This document shows positions 29,386 to 47,957 of a DNA stretch of 64,000 bases, one piece after another; within the stretch, counting starts at the first letter, position 1, and the number at the start of each line of letters is the position of its first letter. Both the position numbers and the translations under genes were made by a program. Where the stretch lies: NCBI RefSeq assembly GCF_009914755.1, contig NC_060938.1; one strand, written 5' to 3'. This DNA comes from the human T2T-CHM13v2.0 reference genome, Homo sapiens. The notes below the pieces were generated by a model, which saw nothing but the letters and a program-made list of their open reading frames with translations, was not told the DNA's origin and searched no databases.

Positions 29386-29784
29386 CTGGGAGATAAGAGA
29401 GCAAGACAGAGGCACACACATACACACAAGCATAGTGCAGAGTCCCAGCACTTTGGTACCGAGGGTGCCATCTTTTCCATTTCTAGAAGAAAGTCAACCT
29501 AGCTAAACCCAAAAAATATTATATTTCCTGAAAGGTAGGTAGTCAACTTTCAGGTTAAAAAAAAGGTACTATTAAGGAGTCTTTTTAGAGATTTTATAAT
29601 TTTTGTGCTAAATAAGCATATTTAAAAGTGACTCAATAGCTGAGTTTTGTATTTTCATTTATTACAGAATGCATCTGCTTGTGTACAGATTTGGGGGTCA
29701 TACTTGATTTTCAAAAAGCAAGGGAAAGCTTTAAAGCAGCCAAGTCTGATGCCTACAGGATGGGAGAGGGGTCTCCTAGCAATC

Positions 29785-30020
29785 TGGCATGGTGATGAAG
29801 AGCATGGCTCTGAGGCCAGATAGCCTAAGTTCAGGTTTTAGTACCACCTGACCTTCTGTTATCTAACATGTCTGTGACTCCGTTTCCTGATCTAGAACGG
29901 AGATGACAATAGTATCTCCTCAGAAAATGAGTGTGAGGATTAAATGAATGAATATGTACAAAGCATTTACAATGGTGTCTGGCACATAGTAAGAACTCAA
30001 TCAATATTAGCTATTACTGT
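29785..30020 (+). mobile_element. MIR
   Basis: AAGAGCATGGCTCTGAGGCCAGA...GTGAGGATTAAATGA...TGGCACATAGTAAG. Confidence 0.75.
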
Positions 30021-30300
30021 TCTTAAATATTATGGTTCCTTCTCTTCTAAACTCTTGTTTTAAATTTTCACCTAAAAAGTACACTCTCATACCAACTTTC
30101 AAAACTTTCAAATCCCTTTTTCCTTTTTAAATCAAAACTTTATTTATTTCAAACTATTGTAGGAATTTTTTTAGAAAAGAACAGCTGGTTTCATGTTGTT
30201 TTTTTCAAAAAACAAAAACTATTTTAGTCTAAAGAGATATTTGCCTCTTCATATATGAAAAACAAAGTCAATCACCTTCACACACCACCAATCTATTTAC

Positions 30301-30337
30301 CTTTCAACATCATGGAGGATAACTTGCTCATCATTGC
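30301..30337 (-). CDS. DCAF5: DCAF5 exon 3 (37 nt)
   Basis: Acceptor TTTTCTTTTGCAG|GC, donor GAAAG|GTAAAT. Encodes GNDEQVILHDVE(S); phase 1/2. Confidence 0.96.
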
Positions 30338-30621
30338 CTGCAAAAGAAAAAAGCAGACATCTGATCATTCGTGCAAGGTGGTCCCTGTCCACATTACAAT
30401 TTAGTATTTTTAAGTTTTCAGGGAAAAAATATGAACAAAGCCAATGCTAATACAAATTAGAAGTGTTAACTGGAAAAAAGATTTATAGAAATAATTTAAG
30501 AAGGATAGGACATTCTTACAGAGAATTTTTAAAAAATAATGGCATCCAAGTATAACACAGTAACAGTTCCCAATGTGTATTATCCAGTGGATGATGTAAA
30601 AAAAAAAAACAACTGTGGCTA

Positions 30622-30823
30622 CAACCTGGGCAACATAGTTAGACTCCATCTCTATGAAAATAAAAATAAAAAAATTAGCCAACTGGTGGCACACCCTTGA
30701 AGTCCCAGCTACTAAGGAGGCTGAGGTGGAAGAATCGCTTGAGGTCAGGAGTTCAAGGCTGCAGTGAGCTACGATCGCACTCCAGCCTGGGCAACAGAGA
30801 GAGACTGTCTCAAAAAAAAAAAA
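30622..30823 (+). mobile_element. 5'-truncated Alu (J-like)
   Basis: Starts mid left arm; flanked by AACTGTGGC. Confidence 0.85.
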
Positions 30824-31134
30824 AGTAGGGGGGAAACAACACAAAACAAAACTGTGGCCATCAAGAAAAACACTAAATGATCATTGACAAATCAATTCAC
30901 TAGCTTTATTTTTTTTCTTTTTCAGCAGAACACTCACTAATCATGAGACCTGCAATAAAATCTTTAACATTTCTATGACCTAACTTTTTAACCTACAGAA
31001 TAGGGATAATAACATCATAGAGTAACTGTAAGCATAAGAGTACATCTGTAAAAGCATTCAGAATAGGGCTGATCACTTAATAAGCCCCCAATAAATGTTT
31101 GTTAATATTTCTATCCTCATGGTCTTTTAAAAAT

Positions 31135-31520
<386 letters not shown>

Positions 31521-31844
31521 TAGCATGAAAATTTGATGACTGTGATTCCAAATGATGTGAAAGTTTTAATCTTGTATTTCTCCTTATTCTATCAAAGGAT
31601 ATAAATTATATTCATGATATGTGTAGTCCTGCCTTCAAATGGTTTGTATAGCAAAAAAATTAAAACCTGAATATAAGAAGACAAAACATGAAAAAAGTCC
31701 CACTCTATGCTAAAATGCACAACCAACAGTCACTTAAATAGAAAGCAAAAGTAGCAGTAAAGATATGGCCCAGGGCATCTTAAACAAAGGCCTGGCTGTA
31801 AATTCTACTGTAGGTACAAACCAATGAAATCAGTAAACCCATAC

Positions 31845-32830
31845 TAATGCCTTCTAGGTATCAGGTACAGTGCTAGGTCTTGGGTATATAAAAAGAATAA
31901 GATTCTACTCTGTCCTTGAGAACTCCAATTGGACTTGAGAACAGTCCAACTGGACAAACAACTAACAGCAACAAGAGGGTTTGCCTTGCAGCAATATGAT
32001 CTAGCTATGGGGTCAATTATTTCCTTCATAAGCAGGGTGAAAGTACATGGAGAAGGAGACCTTTGAAGAGAAACTCAAATAACTCAAAACTCTTACCAAT
32101 GAAAGGCTTAGGGGAATTGGTGGGGACTGGACAATTAAGGTGGAAGAACACCATGAACAAAAGGCACAAGGGCAAAATAGTACCATGCAGTGCATTCTTA
32201 AAATGACAAATAGTTTGGTGGGCTACAGTGTATAACTCAGGGAAGGGAGGTCAGGCCAGACAGATAGATTGGGATTTAGACTTCATTCTTCAGGCACTGT
32301 AGGCTCAATGGTTCACATGGTCCAGTCTTTATTTTTAAAAGTAAACTTGTGTATGCAATGAATTCAAAGGAGAATTAGAGAGTGGTAACAGAAATCACAG
32401 AAGGCCATTGCAAAAATCCAGGCCAAACTAACGGATGAGTATGAGAGGCTTTCAAGATAGACCTGACAGGACTTGGTGACAGACTAGATGTGTAAATGTA
32501 AGAAAGGCAGGTTTGAGGATGACTCCAAGATCATAGGTAGAATGAACCATGTGAAACTGCTACTTTTTAAAGTTGAAAATGGTTAATTGTCAGCAATTTC
32601 TTAAAGTTAAACCTAATAGCTTATATAATTGGGTGAATGGTTGTAACTGAGAAAGAAAATCCAGCAGACAAGAAGAAATTTTCACTCAGGGGAGGACTAA
32701 TGATCTTGGTTTTAGATCTATTGTATTTAAGTTGCTTTTGGAACACAGGTAGATATCCAGTGGGAAAATCTGCAGCTCAGAAAAGAGGTCAGAACTAGAA
32801 ATGTGGGGTCAGAAGGAGTATGGTTGATGG
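31845..32830 (-). mobile_element. LINE L2, degraded
   Basis: TGCCTTCTAGGTATCAGGTACAGTGCTAGG, GACAGGACTTGGTGACAGACTAGATG, GATGACTCCAAG, GCTCAGAAAAGAGGTCAG. Confidence 0.6.
32533..32616. mobile_element. MADE2 (mariner-derived MITE)
   Basis: About 80 bp with degenerate TIRs TAGGT..GAACCATGTGAAACTGC / GCAATTTCTTAAAGTTAAACCTAA. Confidence 0.65.
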
Positions 32831-33321
32831 AAGCCATCACCAAGAGGTTGGTGTGAGCACCAGCCATTCCAATTGTACCCTAACACAACACTTTTCAAAC
32901 AGGAGCCATCTGTGGGTCAGGACATTCATCTGCGTTATGGCCAGCATAATCTTTAAAAATGAAATCGAATAGAATAAAAAAAAATCAGAGTGTGCCACAA
33001 ATAGGAAGGTTAAGTATTGTTTCAAATATGTGTGTGTGTCTGTGTGTGTTTCTGTGTACCAGACTGCAATGTGAAAAGTTTTCTGCCAAAGAGAAATAAA
33101 GAAAAAGACAGGTGAAGAAAAGCAAAAAAAAGAGAAGAGAGAAAAGACACACACTATCCTAATATATAATACTGCTGTAATGCAGAAAAGACAAGCTATG
33201 AGAAACCAGTAATTCCACAGCTCAATGAAATACAGGAAGAAAAATAAGGAGTTATTTTCGCACTCTTTTCTCTAAAATCCCAACCACAGTGACGTTCCCA
33301 AGGTAGAATCTCCCTTTTTAC

Positions 33322-33465
33322 CTCCAGAGAACACTTTAGTGTTCCCACTGTTGAAAGCCAGGCAAAAAATGTTGGAATGGTGCTCTCCTTTCAGCTGTAT
33401 GGGCTTGACCCTGGAGTGGATGGCTTGTTCCATGTGCCATAGCAGAACCCGGCGGTCATCTCCTC
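33322..33465 (-). CDS. DCAF5: DCAF5 exon 2 (144 nt)
   Basis: Acceptor TTCCTTCTTAAG|GA, donor GGAG|GTAAAA. Encodes GDDRRVLLWHMEQAIHSRVKPIQLKGEHHSNIFCLAFNSGNTKVFSG; phase 1/1. Confidence 0.97.
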
Positions 33466-34453
33466 CTTAAGAAGGAAATAAGAATCTGTGCTTAAAACAG
33501 CTGACATCGCAAGGCTGACAGATGGTTTTGCCAGCCTTGAATCCCATCCTTTCCAAAACTGCACCTCCCCAACTCCATAAGATTCGCATGGAGCACAAAA
33601 ACCCAGGACTCTCCCTGCTTCACCATCAATAGGCACATGTTCTCTAGGCCATTCATCTCTCCCAGGAATTGAATCTTAAGCAGACATAGAAAATGAAAGG
33701 GATAAGCACTGATATTGAGACTCCTAAAGCCACCCTGTTCCTGTCTTTCCAGAGTTGTTTAAATATTTCTTCATTTGCTACCTAGAACCCCTTCATGGAA
33801 GTCCTTTTTTGTTTGTTTGTTTAATAGAACCTGAGATGACTTCCAGGGCTTGCAATCAAAGAACTTTAAAGTAATATTTCTAGCATAATGGTTTTCAAAG
33901 CAATCTTCTTGATATGATCTCATTGATTGTGGAACACCATACAAATGATAACTAAGAAATCACCTGACTCTTACAGTAAATAGGATCTAGACAGAATATG
34001 GCTCAGCCCAGCTCTTAACTCTGCGTAACTTTGGGTCTAAGTTGGTTGTTATTGTTTTTTCCCATTTTTACTTTTTACTTTTACTTTTTTTGCATTGACT
34101 TTTTATAAGAAGGCTATACTATTTTCCTAATAAAAATTTAATTTACAACAGCAGCAAACCATAGCAAGCTCTACACCTCCACCTCCCTTACTCCATTCAA
34201 TGAAAAATGCAGCCACAAATGATAGCACATCCATACAAGGGCATACTATGAAGCCATTAAGTTGTTAGATCTATACAAAAGCTAATGCAGAAAGATGTCC
34301 AAAGATACCCGTTAAGGGGGAAAATGAGGTATAAAACAGTATGTAATCCATTTGCATAAAACAAAATTTTTAAAAGCTCCATGACAGCAGAAACCTTGTC
34401 AGTTTTGTTCACTGGGAAATACCTGGCACCTACATGAGTGCTCCAAGGAATGA

Positions 34454-34519
34454 GCATTGACAGTATGCTTATACTCGCATATCTATGCATTGACAGTATG
34501 CTTATACTCGCATATCTAT
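34454..34519 (+). repeat. Perfect 33-bp tandem duplication
   Basis: GCATTGACAGTATGCTTATACTCGCATATCTAT x2. Confidence 0.95.
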
Positions 34520-34609
34520 GCTTGTATTTGCATAGCCCTATCTAGATGGCTATAAAAGAAGCTGTTTATAGTGCCAACTATAACTGGTAGGCTGGTGTTG
34601 GGAGACTTT

Positions 34610-35445
<836 letters not shown>

Positions 35446-37049
35446 TTGGAAAACTTTTACTTTCTACCTTCCTATACTGCTTGACTTTTTGCCACAGCAG
35501 ATTTCTTCTTATAATAAAAAATAGAAGATACAGAAGCCAAATCATACTTATTCTCCTGCTCCTAGAAAGAAATTGTCTTTGCTACTTGAATTCCTTTGTT
35601 TCTTGAATTTCTTCTTCCTTCCATTGTCAGTCCAAATCAAGTCGTCCACCAAACTGATGTCTTAAGTGTGGCCCACAGTGTTCTCTTTATGATTGGCCTA
35701 TTTCAACTATGAGTTCTCTGGCCTAGGATAGTATCTAAATTATGTATTTCTTACAAATTTACCATTCTGTAAAACATCAAGCTAAGGTCATGAAAATCAT
35801 GGTTTGGGTTTTTGTCACTTTATTTTAATGAAAAATGCACAAATGGTTTTCCACACTGCAAACAGACTTAGGTATGGGCACTTTAGTTCTCTATAGTCTC
35901 CACTCCTATGGTTTTCTCCCAACACTGAGGCTGTGAGTCAGTGACTTATCACTGCTTCTGCTACTATATTTTTTTTTAATTAGATAAGTATTTCTCTATA
36001 CTTATGTCTCTAGCAAAAGCAAAAAGTTAAAAGAGAGGCACACGTTTCTTCTACTTGCTCATGTTTCTGACCTAATCTCCCTCTGCCTCAGTTTCATCAA
36101 ACATAAAATGGTAATCATAATACTTCTTCTACCTCATTGGTTTTATAGATGATAAAGCCAAGTACAAAAGAGTAATATGCCAACATCACACAATAAAGTC
36201 ATTGAGCTAAGATTCAAAAGCAAGCAGTAAATATTCTATAGCCCCGACTCTTAACCACTATTCTATACTGCCTTATTGAACAAAAAATGAACCATAACTG
36301 ACAAAGCAAATTCATTCTGATGGACAGTTGAAGGGATTGTCCGCCTTAGTAGCATAACTCATAAATGTTAAGTAAGAATAAAGGGAGCCCAGAAGTAAAA
36401 ACAGAAGCTGACTTAACTCCAGCAAACTGGCCCCTGGAGTAAACTGAAGGACCAGAACAGGACTGCCTGAATTTATAAGAATTCTTGCAGTGCACAAAAC
36501 TGGTAATGGCTTAATGTCTAGAAGATGCAAAGAATTTCTACAAATAATTCTTAAAACTCCAATAGGAAAAGAGGCAAAGAATACAACCATTCAGAAAAGG
36601 AAACCCAAATACCAAACATATTATAGAAGATCTCAAATTCTATATGGTATCAGGGAAATGTACGTTATAATTTAGACAGATTCTCACAAAGTGGCACAAG
36701 GGAATGTACAAGAAAGTTCACTGAAGCATTGGTCATAATATCAAGAAAACCTATATACAACATAAATATCTAACAATTCAGGAATGGAAAAATTCCACTG
36801 GAATATAAAATAGGTGGAGTCTAAACACAATGGAACATCATACAGCAGTTAAAGTGAACAAGAAACATGTAAACAAACATGAATAAATATTGAAAACCTA
36901 ATGGTAATAAAAGCAAGTTTCGAAAGGATATGAAAGGGATAATATCTAAGCATGTATTTTTAAATATACAAAACAATACTTTATATTGTTTATGGATAAA
37001 CACACATAGTAAAAGAGGCTTTTAAGTGTATCTGTAGTGTTTCTTTAAA

Positions 37050-38940
<1,891 letters not shown>

Positions 38941-39221
38941 TCATAAGTAAATCCTTCTACCAGTAATAATAATAATATTGGAAGTAAATTTAACAAATCA
39001 TCAACATTTTGTCAAATCCGATTGGTATCTCTCTACTTCATTTAAATACCCCATATTAAGGAAGTATTGTTACATCTTTTAGGTATTATAATGGCATTAT
39101 GGTTATGTTAAAAAAGAAAAAAATCCTTATCAATTAGAGGTGCATACTGAAGTGGGTGAAATGGAGTATGTCTGGAATTTCCTTTAAAACTTTCCAGAAA
39201 AAAAAGTAGAGGGATAGATGA

Positions 39222-39582
<361 letters not shown>

Positions 39583-39725
39583 TGAATATTTCCATAATAA
39601 AGAGTTTTGGATTATGTTTAATGTTCATGATAGAAAAAGAAAAAAAACAAGACTGCAGGATGGGCTGGGATACTCATGGCTCACTAAGACCTACAGCACA
39701 GTCTCTCCTGAATTGAAGCAGCTTA

Positions 39726-40077
<352 letters not shown>

Positions 40078-40548
40078 AACCAGAATATCTATACCTTTGT
40101 GCCCAACTCATAACCATTCTCAGCCTAAGGTCTCCCTCCATTACCCAGACAGAAATAATCTTTAATGTTCATTCTAGGCATTTATAGGATGATTTCATTT
40201 TGCCTAGTACTCAGTAATTCAAAATTCATGGCTATTTGTTAAATGCCTTGGGATCGTTTTAAATGATGTGTCCTTAGTAACTAACATGATGATGACAGCC
40301 CAATCCATGGGAGATTGGAATCACTGAGGCAAAAATCATCGCTGTGATGGGGCCTGCCTCTTGACTTTGCCCTCAAGGTTAGCATCAGAAGATGTAAGCT
40401 AAACACACCCCCTTACTCCACTCAACCCCTCATTCCTTTAGGCAAGGTATTAAGAGCCCTATGCAAAGGCAATCTTCAAGTATGCGTTGGCAGAAAAACA
40501 ACCAGTACAAATTGAGGCATAATGTAAAACCGTTAGGCTGCTTTTCAC

Positions 40549-40564
40549 CCAGCAGAGGGCGCTA
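40549..40564 (+). promoter_or_regulatory. Candidate CTCF binding site
   Basis: CCAGCAGAGGGCGCTA fits the CCASYAGRKGGCRS core, in non-repeat sequence with the CpG retained. Confidence 0.65.
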
Positions 40565-41424
40565 AACAGCTGTGCCCAAGCCTCTGATTCAACAAAGCAA
40601 ACGAGGGCTGGTGAAGCAAGGGAAAGTCAGTTCAGACGCAAAAGCAGCTCTACAATTGTCTCCCTTAATCTCCTAGTCAGTTCAGAAAGGCAGAGATTTA
40701 TTGTTTAGTTCCACAGAGAGAGACTGACCTGCAAATAATCCAAGTGAAGAATATTTAGGATCATTTCAGACCATTTAAGCCAGCCCCATGGGCCTGGCAG
40801 TTGGATGAGAATGGGGTCAGCCTCAGGAGAGGGACCCTAGCCCCAGCCTCTCTGGGGCACCGGAGGTGGAGCACAGGGACTTCTCGGGAAGGCTAGGCCT
40901 TTCTTCTCAGTGCCAGTGCCAGGCAAAGACAAGCAGAGGCCAGGCCTTCTAAGCCTGGTTTCCTCACAAACAATTGCTTACCTTCAACTCATCTGAGAAC
41001 CCCAAGAAAATACAACTACATACTCTGGTTTTGGTTTTTTGGGTTGGTTTCATTCTGCACTAAAATCACTAATTCATCAAAAAATGTACTATAATCACAT
41101 TGTGGCAGCAGCTTTGTAGTTACAGAAAACCTTTATACTTAAAGAGTACCCTTTCCCAAAGGGTCCCGAGCTATAAGCAGAAACTAAGCAAGCCCTTACA
41201 ACACACTATAACAAAGTAATTATTTAACATTCTTCTTATTTTATTGCTCAGAAAAGCTGAGGTAAGGATTTGCTTTGGGTTTCCTCAAAAGCCAGCCAAG
41301 CACAGGACTGAGAAAGCAGTCTGAAATTCTGGGTCGAATATTCCTGGAACTTATCATTGTTTGAAGAGCCAAAGAAGAATAATTTAAATGTCCATCAACA
41401 GAAGTCTGGTTAAAATTATTGTTT

Positions 41425-41715
41425 AATAAAATAAGCCAGACATAAAAGGACAAATATTGTATGATTCCACTTACATGAGGAATAGTCAAATCAGAGACAA
41501 AGTAGAATGGCAGTGGCCAGGGGCTGGGGGAAAAGAGGAATGGCGAGTCATAGTTTAATGGGTAGTTTCTGTTTTGCAAGATGAAAAATTCTAAAGATGG
41601 ATGTGGTGATGTATTAATTACATGAATGTAATTAATACCACTGAACAGTAAGTACACTTAAAAATGGTTAAAATGGTAAATCTTATGTTGTATACATTTC
41701 ACAATAAAAAATATA
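41425..41715 (+). mobile_element. L1MB-like 3' end
   Basis: AAGCCAGACATAAAAGGACAAATATTGTATGATTCCACTTA...ACACTTAAAATGGTTAAAATGGTAAA. Confidence 0.8.
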
Positions 41716-42884
41716 AGAAAGTTTACTACTTATATATGTACAATGCAGCCTAAATAAATAAAAGCATGAGGCAGCTCTGTCTATACTCACATGGAACAAT
41801 TTCTAAAATATAACGTATTAGTGACTGTATTAATTGTTCAAAACATTCTTTTAACAAGTAACAATGGGATTAGATACAGAGCTTGGGGTTTCATCTTTGA
41901 GAGGCAGCAAAGATGGTGCTATAGAAGGGTACAGGAAGTGCAAGCTCTGGAATAAAAGGACTTGATTCAAATCTTGGTTTCGCCATTCATGTGTCCTGGT
42001 TACTCTACTCCTCTACCCTAATTTTTTTATTGTAAAATGGAGAAAATACCAACTATTTCCCAGGTTTGTTGTGTGTGGTGAGATAATGTTTGTAAAAGCA
42101 CTTAGCCCAGTGTGATATATATTAGGTGCACACAGCTCTCAAATTGTCCTTGTGTCCCTAAAGTATCATCCATGAACTTGTCCTAATCTTTCAAACCTTG
42201 TTTTAGGTAGCATTAAGAATATGAATAGTATGATACAATTACACAAAAACATACACAAATTTATACATACAAAGACAGATGCAAAATGGTTAGCAGAGGT
42301 CATCTCTTGCAGATAGCAATTTTACTTAATACCCTTTCATATTGCTAAAGTGTTTTCTTTTCTTTTCTTTTTTTTTAACTGTGAAGCCTAAAGGAAAATC
42401 ATTCAGCCTGGCTTTCTTCTCAGCCCATTTATTCCTCTTCAGTGAGTGTACTGTGTAAGACCAAACCTCCTTTTGTGTTAACCATACCTCTCCTAAGCTC
42501 CAAGAAACTGCAGCGCATTACAGAGGCACAGTCTGTGTGACACACAGCCCAGCTACGTCAGTGGATGGAAAATAAGTCTGTTTTGTTATTTTTCCAAAGT
42601 TGAAAATAATTGATATTTGTATAGGAATTCAATCACTTACATATCTCATTTTATTGTCACTTGTGAGGTAAGGATTATGTAGGCCCTTTTTCTAGACACG
42701 TATCAGAGAGGTAAAATGACTTGCTAATAATCCAAAGAGCTTGGCCTGGAGCCTAAAACTAAGTTGTATCCATTCTACCAACATGCAGAGGACAGAACAG
42801 CACCTAGCATTCCAAATGAGGAATGTTCTGGAGCTTTACACAAGGAAGAAAAGCACTTTCCAGGCTTTTTTTTTTTTTTTAATG

Positions 42885-43455
42885 ATTTTATCTATTTTCA
42901 AGTATAGAGTTTTGTGGCATTAACTACATTCACATTTTCATATCGTTGTGCAACCATCACCACATTTTATCTCCAGAACTACCCCTTCCCACTGACAACT
43001 GCCATTCTCCCCCTAGACACCATTCACTTGGCACAGTGTCTTCAAGGTTCATCCATGTTGTAGTGTGTGTCAATTTCATTTCTTTTTAAGGCTGAATAAT
43101 ACTATTTCATTGTATGTATAGACTACATTTTGTTTATCTATTCATCCACTGATGGACCCTTGGGTTGCTTCTACCTTTCAGCTTTGTGAATAATGCCACT
43201 ATGAACATTAGTGTACAAATATCTGTTTGAGCCTCTACTTTCAATTCTTTTGGGTATATAACCAGAAGTGAAATTGCTGGATCCATATGGTAATTCTACT
43301 TTTAACTTTTTGAGGAATGCCATACTGTTTTCCACAGTGGCTGCCCCATTTTATATTCTCACCAACAACGTACAAGAGTTCCAATTTCTCCATATCCTTG
43401 CCAACTCTTTTTATTCTTTGCTTGTTTGGATAATAGTCATCCTAATGGGTGTGAA
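42885..43455 (-). mobile_element. L1M 3' fragment
   Basis: AAGGTTCATCCATGTTGTAG, ACCAGAAGTGAAATTGCTGGATC, CATACTGTTTTCCACAGTGGCTG. Confidence 0.8.
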
Positions 43456-43829
43456 ATGTTTGCTGGCCTTTTTAACCTTCAAATAATAGCCTAAAATAAC
43501 TCTCAAGTCCTTTTAAATATCTCAGAGCGCATCATTCTACAAACAGTTTGAGTTATCTTTCTTCATGAGTACCTACCCTGAAATTCAGTTACCACTTTTC
43601 TATTCACTCACCCCATCCAGCCCAAAAGAGTTTTCTGTAGTTCATTTATCCCCTATTGTTTTGCATTTCACTGCCTCAAGGAACATCATATATAAATTTG
43701 GGAAATTTCATATTCATTCTCTCCTCAAATCACCTACAAAAACATTAAGAGCACTAAGCTCTATTTACTCAAGCCAGCCACTTCTGTGATTAGACCTATT
43801 TTAGAGGTGATATAATGTGGGGCAGCATA

Positions 43830-44390
43830 GCACAGCACAGCATTCAAAACCACAGGCTTAGTCTCCACGTATTAAGACATAGGAAAAAATAATAAGAAAA
43901 AACCCACAGGATTAGGATACACAAACACAGGTTCAACTCTCAATGTCGCCGGCACTTACTAGCTGTGTGCCTTTAGACAGGTTACTTAACTTCTCTAAAT
44001 TATAGTCCTCCCATCTGTAAAACTGAGAAAACAACACTACTTATTTCACAGTGTTACTGTTAGGATTAATGAGATAGATCTGTGTAAAAGACTTGGCCCA
44101 GTGCCTGATACATATTAAGAGCTAGATAAATGTCAGCTAATTATTATGCTATTTGAACTCAAACAACAGCTAACATCAGTTAAGTTTACTCTGGGTCAGG
44201 GACTATCCTAAGGGTCTTATATGTAGTGGCTCTTCCAATCCTTTTAACAACCCCACGAAGTAGGAATTCACATGAAACTACAGAAAAGCTACATAATATG
44301 AAGGGGTACACAGCTACCAAGAGTCATTGTTGGCATCTGAATCTAGGTAATGTGGCTCCAGAAACCATGCTCCTTACCATGATGCAATCC
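43830..44390. mobile_element. MIR fragments
   Basis: CACTTACTAGCTGTGTGCCTTTAGACAGGTTACTTAACTTCTCT...CATCTGTAAAA, followed by an opposite-strand MIR. Confidence 0.65.
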
Positions 44391-46202
44391 AGCCTCGCAA
44401 ATATAAGAGGCCAGGCAGCAAAGTAAATGAGTCAGACTTGCCAGATTAAGTGACAGACTGAAGAATATATCTGTATTTTTAAAAGATAAGCCACCATTCA
44501 GCTCTTGCCAGTTGTTGCCATAGAGAAATACAGACTCAAGATTGCCAGATCTCCCAATTTTTGGCCCAGGGATAAGTTAAGGTTGAGTGATTTGCCCAAG
44601 GTCATAAAACTGCTGTTCAGTGGCACTTCCCAAATCGAAACCAGTAGGCAGGGAAGAGGGGGGGGTACAGGCAGGTCTGGAGAGATAGGAGAGGTGGTGT
44701 CACACAAATTTTGCTCTTCACTACAGAAGTAGCTATAGGGATAACATCTACAGGCATTACTTCTGCTGACACCCTGTTTTTACCTAGTACCCTTCTGCTA
44801 AAAGCTGAGTCCACTTATCTACCTATTATCTCATTTTTCCATGTCTCTAATGAGGTAAGTAGAACAGAAACATCCCCATTTTAAACATGTTAAAAGTGAG
44901 GTCCTGGCTTGCCTTAGCTCCTAGCTAGAAACACTTTACATTAAATAGGAAGTATTAAGCAGCAGCAACACCCTAACTAGACAGCTAGAGCCCCATAAAA
45001 TGAAATGGTTTCTCCAAAATCAGATGACTAATAGCAGTGGAGTTTAATAAAGCTAGGGTTTTGAAATACTAACCCTAGACAATGTCTCTAATTCCTGATC
45101 AGAAACAGAGAAAGAAATCCACAAACATTCAAATATCCCTTTCTCCTTACACCAGAGTCACAGAGTAGAGATGTAAGGCACCTAAGAGTTCATCTTCTAA
45201 CATCCCCATTTTGCCAGTGAGGAAACTGAGGCACAAAACTGAGGCACCTGTCCAAGAGCACACTGCCAGTTACAGGCAGAGTGGGATTCAAATCCAAGAT
45301 GTCTGAGTCCAAAGCCCCTGCTCTTCCTAAAGTGTGGAACATAGGCCACTGGATGATTTTAGACAGTAGAGAAATGATTTTAATAATTACGTATTTTAAG
45401 GTGTACTAGAAAAAAACAACTAGCACATAAAACCCGTGACTTAGACTTTATAGTAATGTCAAGTTTCTTTCAAATGCTGTTTATAAGGAAAGTCAACTTA
45501 GAAAAAATGTTAATAGCACAGGTGACACTCCTTATATATAACAAAAATCAAAAACGTGGGGCTCAAACTTCTGAAATTTGGAGAACAGGCACATTTACGA
45601 CCTCCTTAAGAGAGGGACTCTAAATCAGAGGCTGCAATTTGATATACATCCAGATGCAAACAGGGTTAACTAGGGAATAATCTCAAGAGAAATTAGGAGA
45701 ATGTGACTGTTTTAACAAAGAAAGTTACAACCTAATGAGTTGCACTGTAATCAGTCTAAAGGAAGACTACAAAATGGCCAAAACATTAAAATATTCAGAC
45801 TCACTAGTAATCAAGGCCAGTTGTATGAGAAGTCATAATACACTTTTTAGATGATGCCAATATTCTGACTGAATTGGTTAAGACAAAATAATGACCAGCA
45901 GAAGCCACGATGCAGTCTCATAATACATTGGTCCAAGTGTAAATAAGCTGGTTTAACCATCTTGGAGGACAATTGGGTGACATATATCGAATGTATCTTA
46001 AAAATATAAAAAATATTCACACCCATTGACTCAGAATTCCACTTCTAAAGATTTTATTCTAAGGGAAAATATTTTTTCTCTTGGACTTAGCTACAAGGAT
46101 TGTGATAAAAGCAAAAAATAAACAGAAGAAACAAGACAGAATTGGTTAAATTCTGATGTAGACACTTGAAAGGATACGATGTCATAATATCATGCTTCAG
46201 AA

Positions 46203-47731
<1,529 letters not shown>

Positions 47732-47742
47732 TTACTTTAGGA

Positions 47743-47957
47743 CAGTGGTTTTCAACCCAGATGATGTTTCCCCTCAGGGAAAATCACCCTTGACAATATG
47801 TGACATTTTTGGTTGTCACAACTGGAAAGATGCTAATGGCATACACTGGGTAGAGGCCAGGGATGTTCCTAAATATCCTATAGTGCACAGGACAGCTCCT
47901 CATAACAAAGACTTATCCAGCCCAAAATGTCGGTAATGTTCAGGTGGAGAAACCCTG
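47743..47957 (+). mobile_element. MER20
   Basis: CAGTGGTTTTCAACC...GACATTTTTGGTTGTCACAACTGG...GGGTAGAGGCCAGGGATG...GAGAAACCCTG. Confidence 0.85.

Noticed and set aside
33460-33468. AAG-GAG-GAG tandem acceptor at exon 2
   Set aside because: GAG acceptors are rarely used, and nothing in the sequence supports alternative use.
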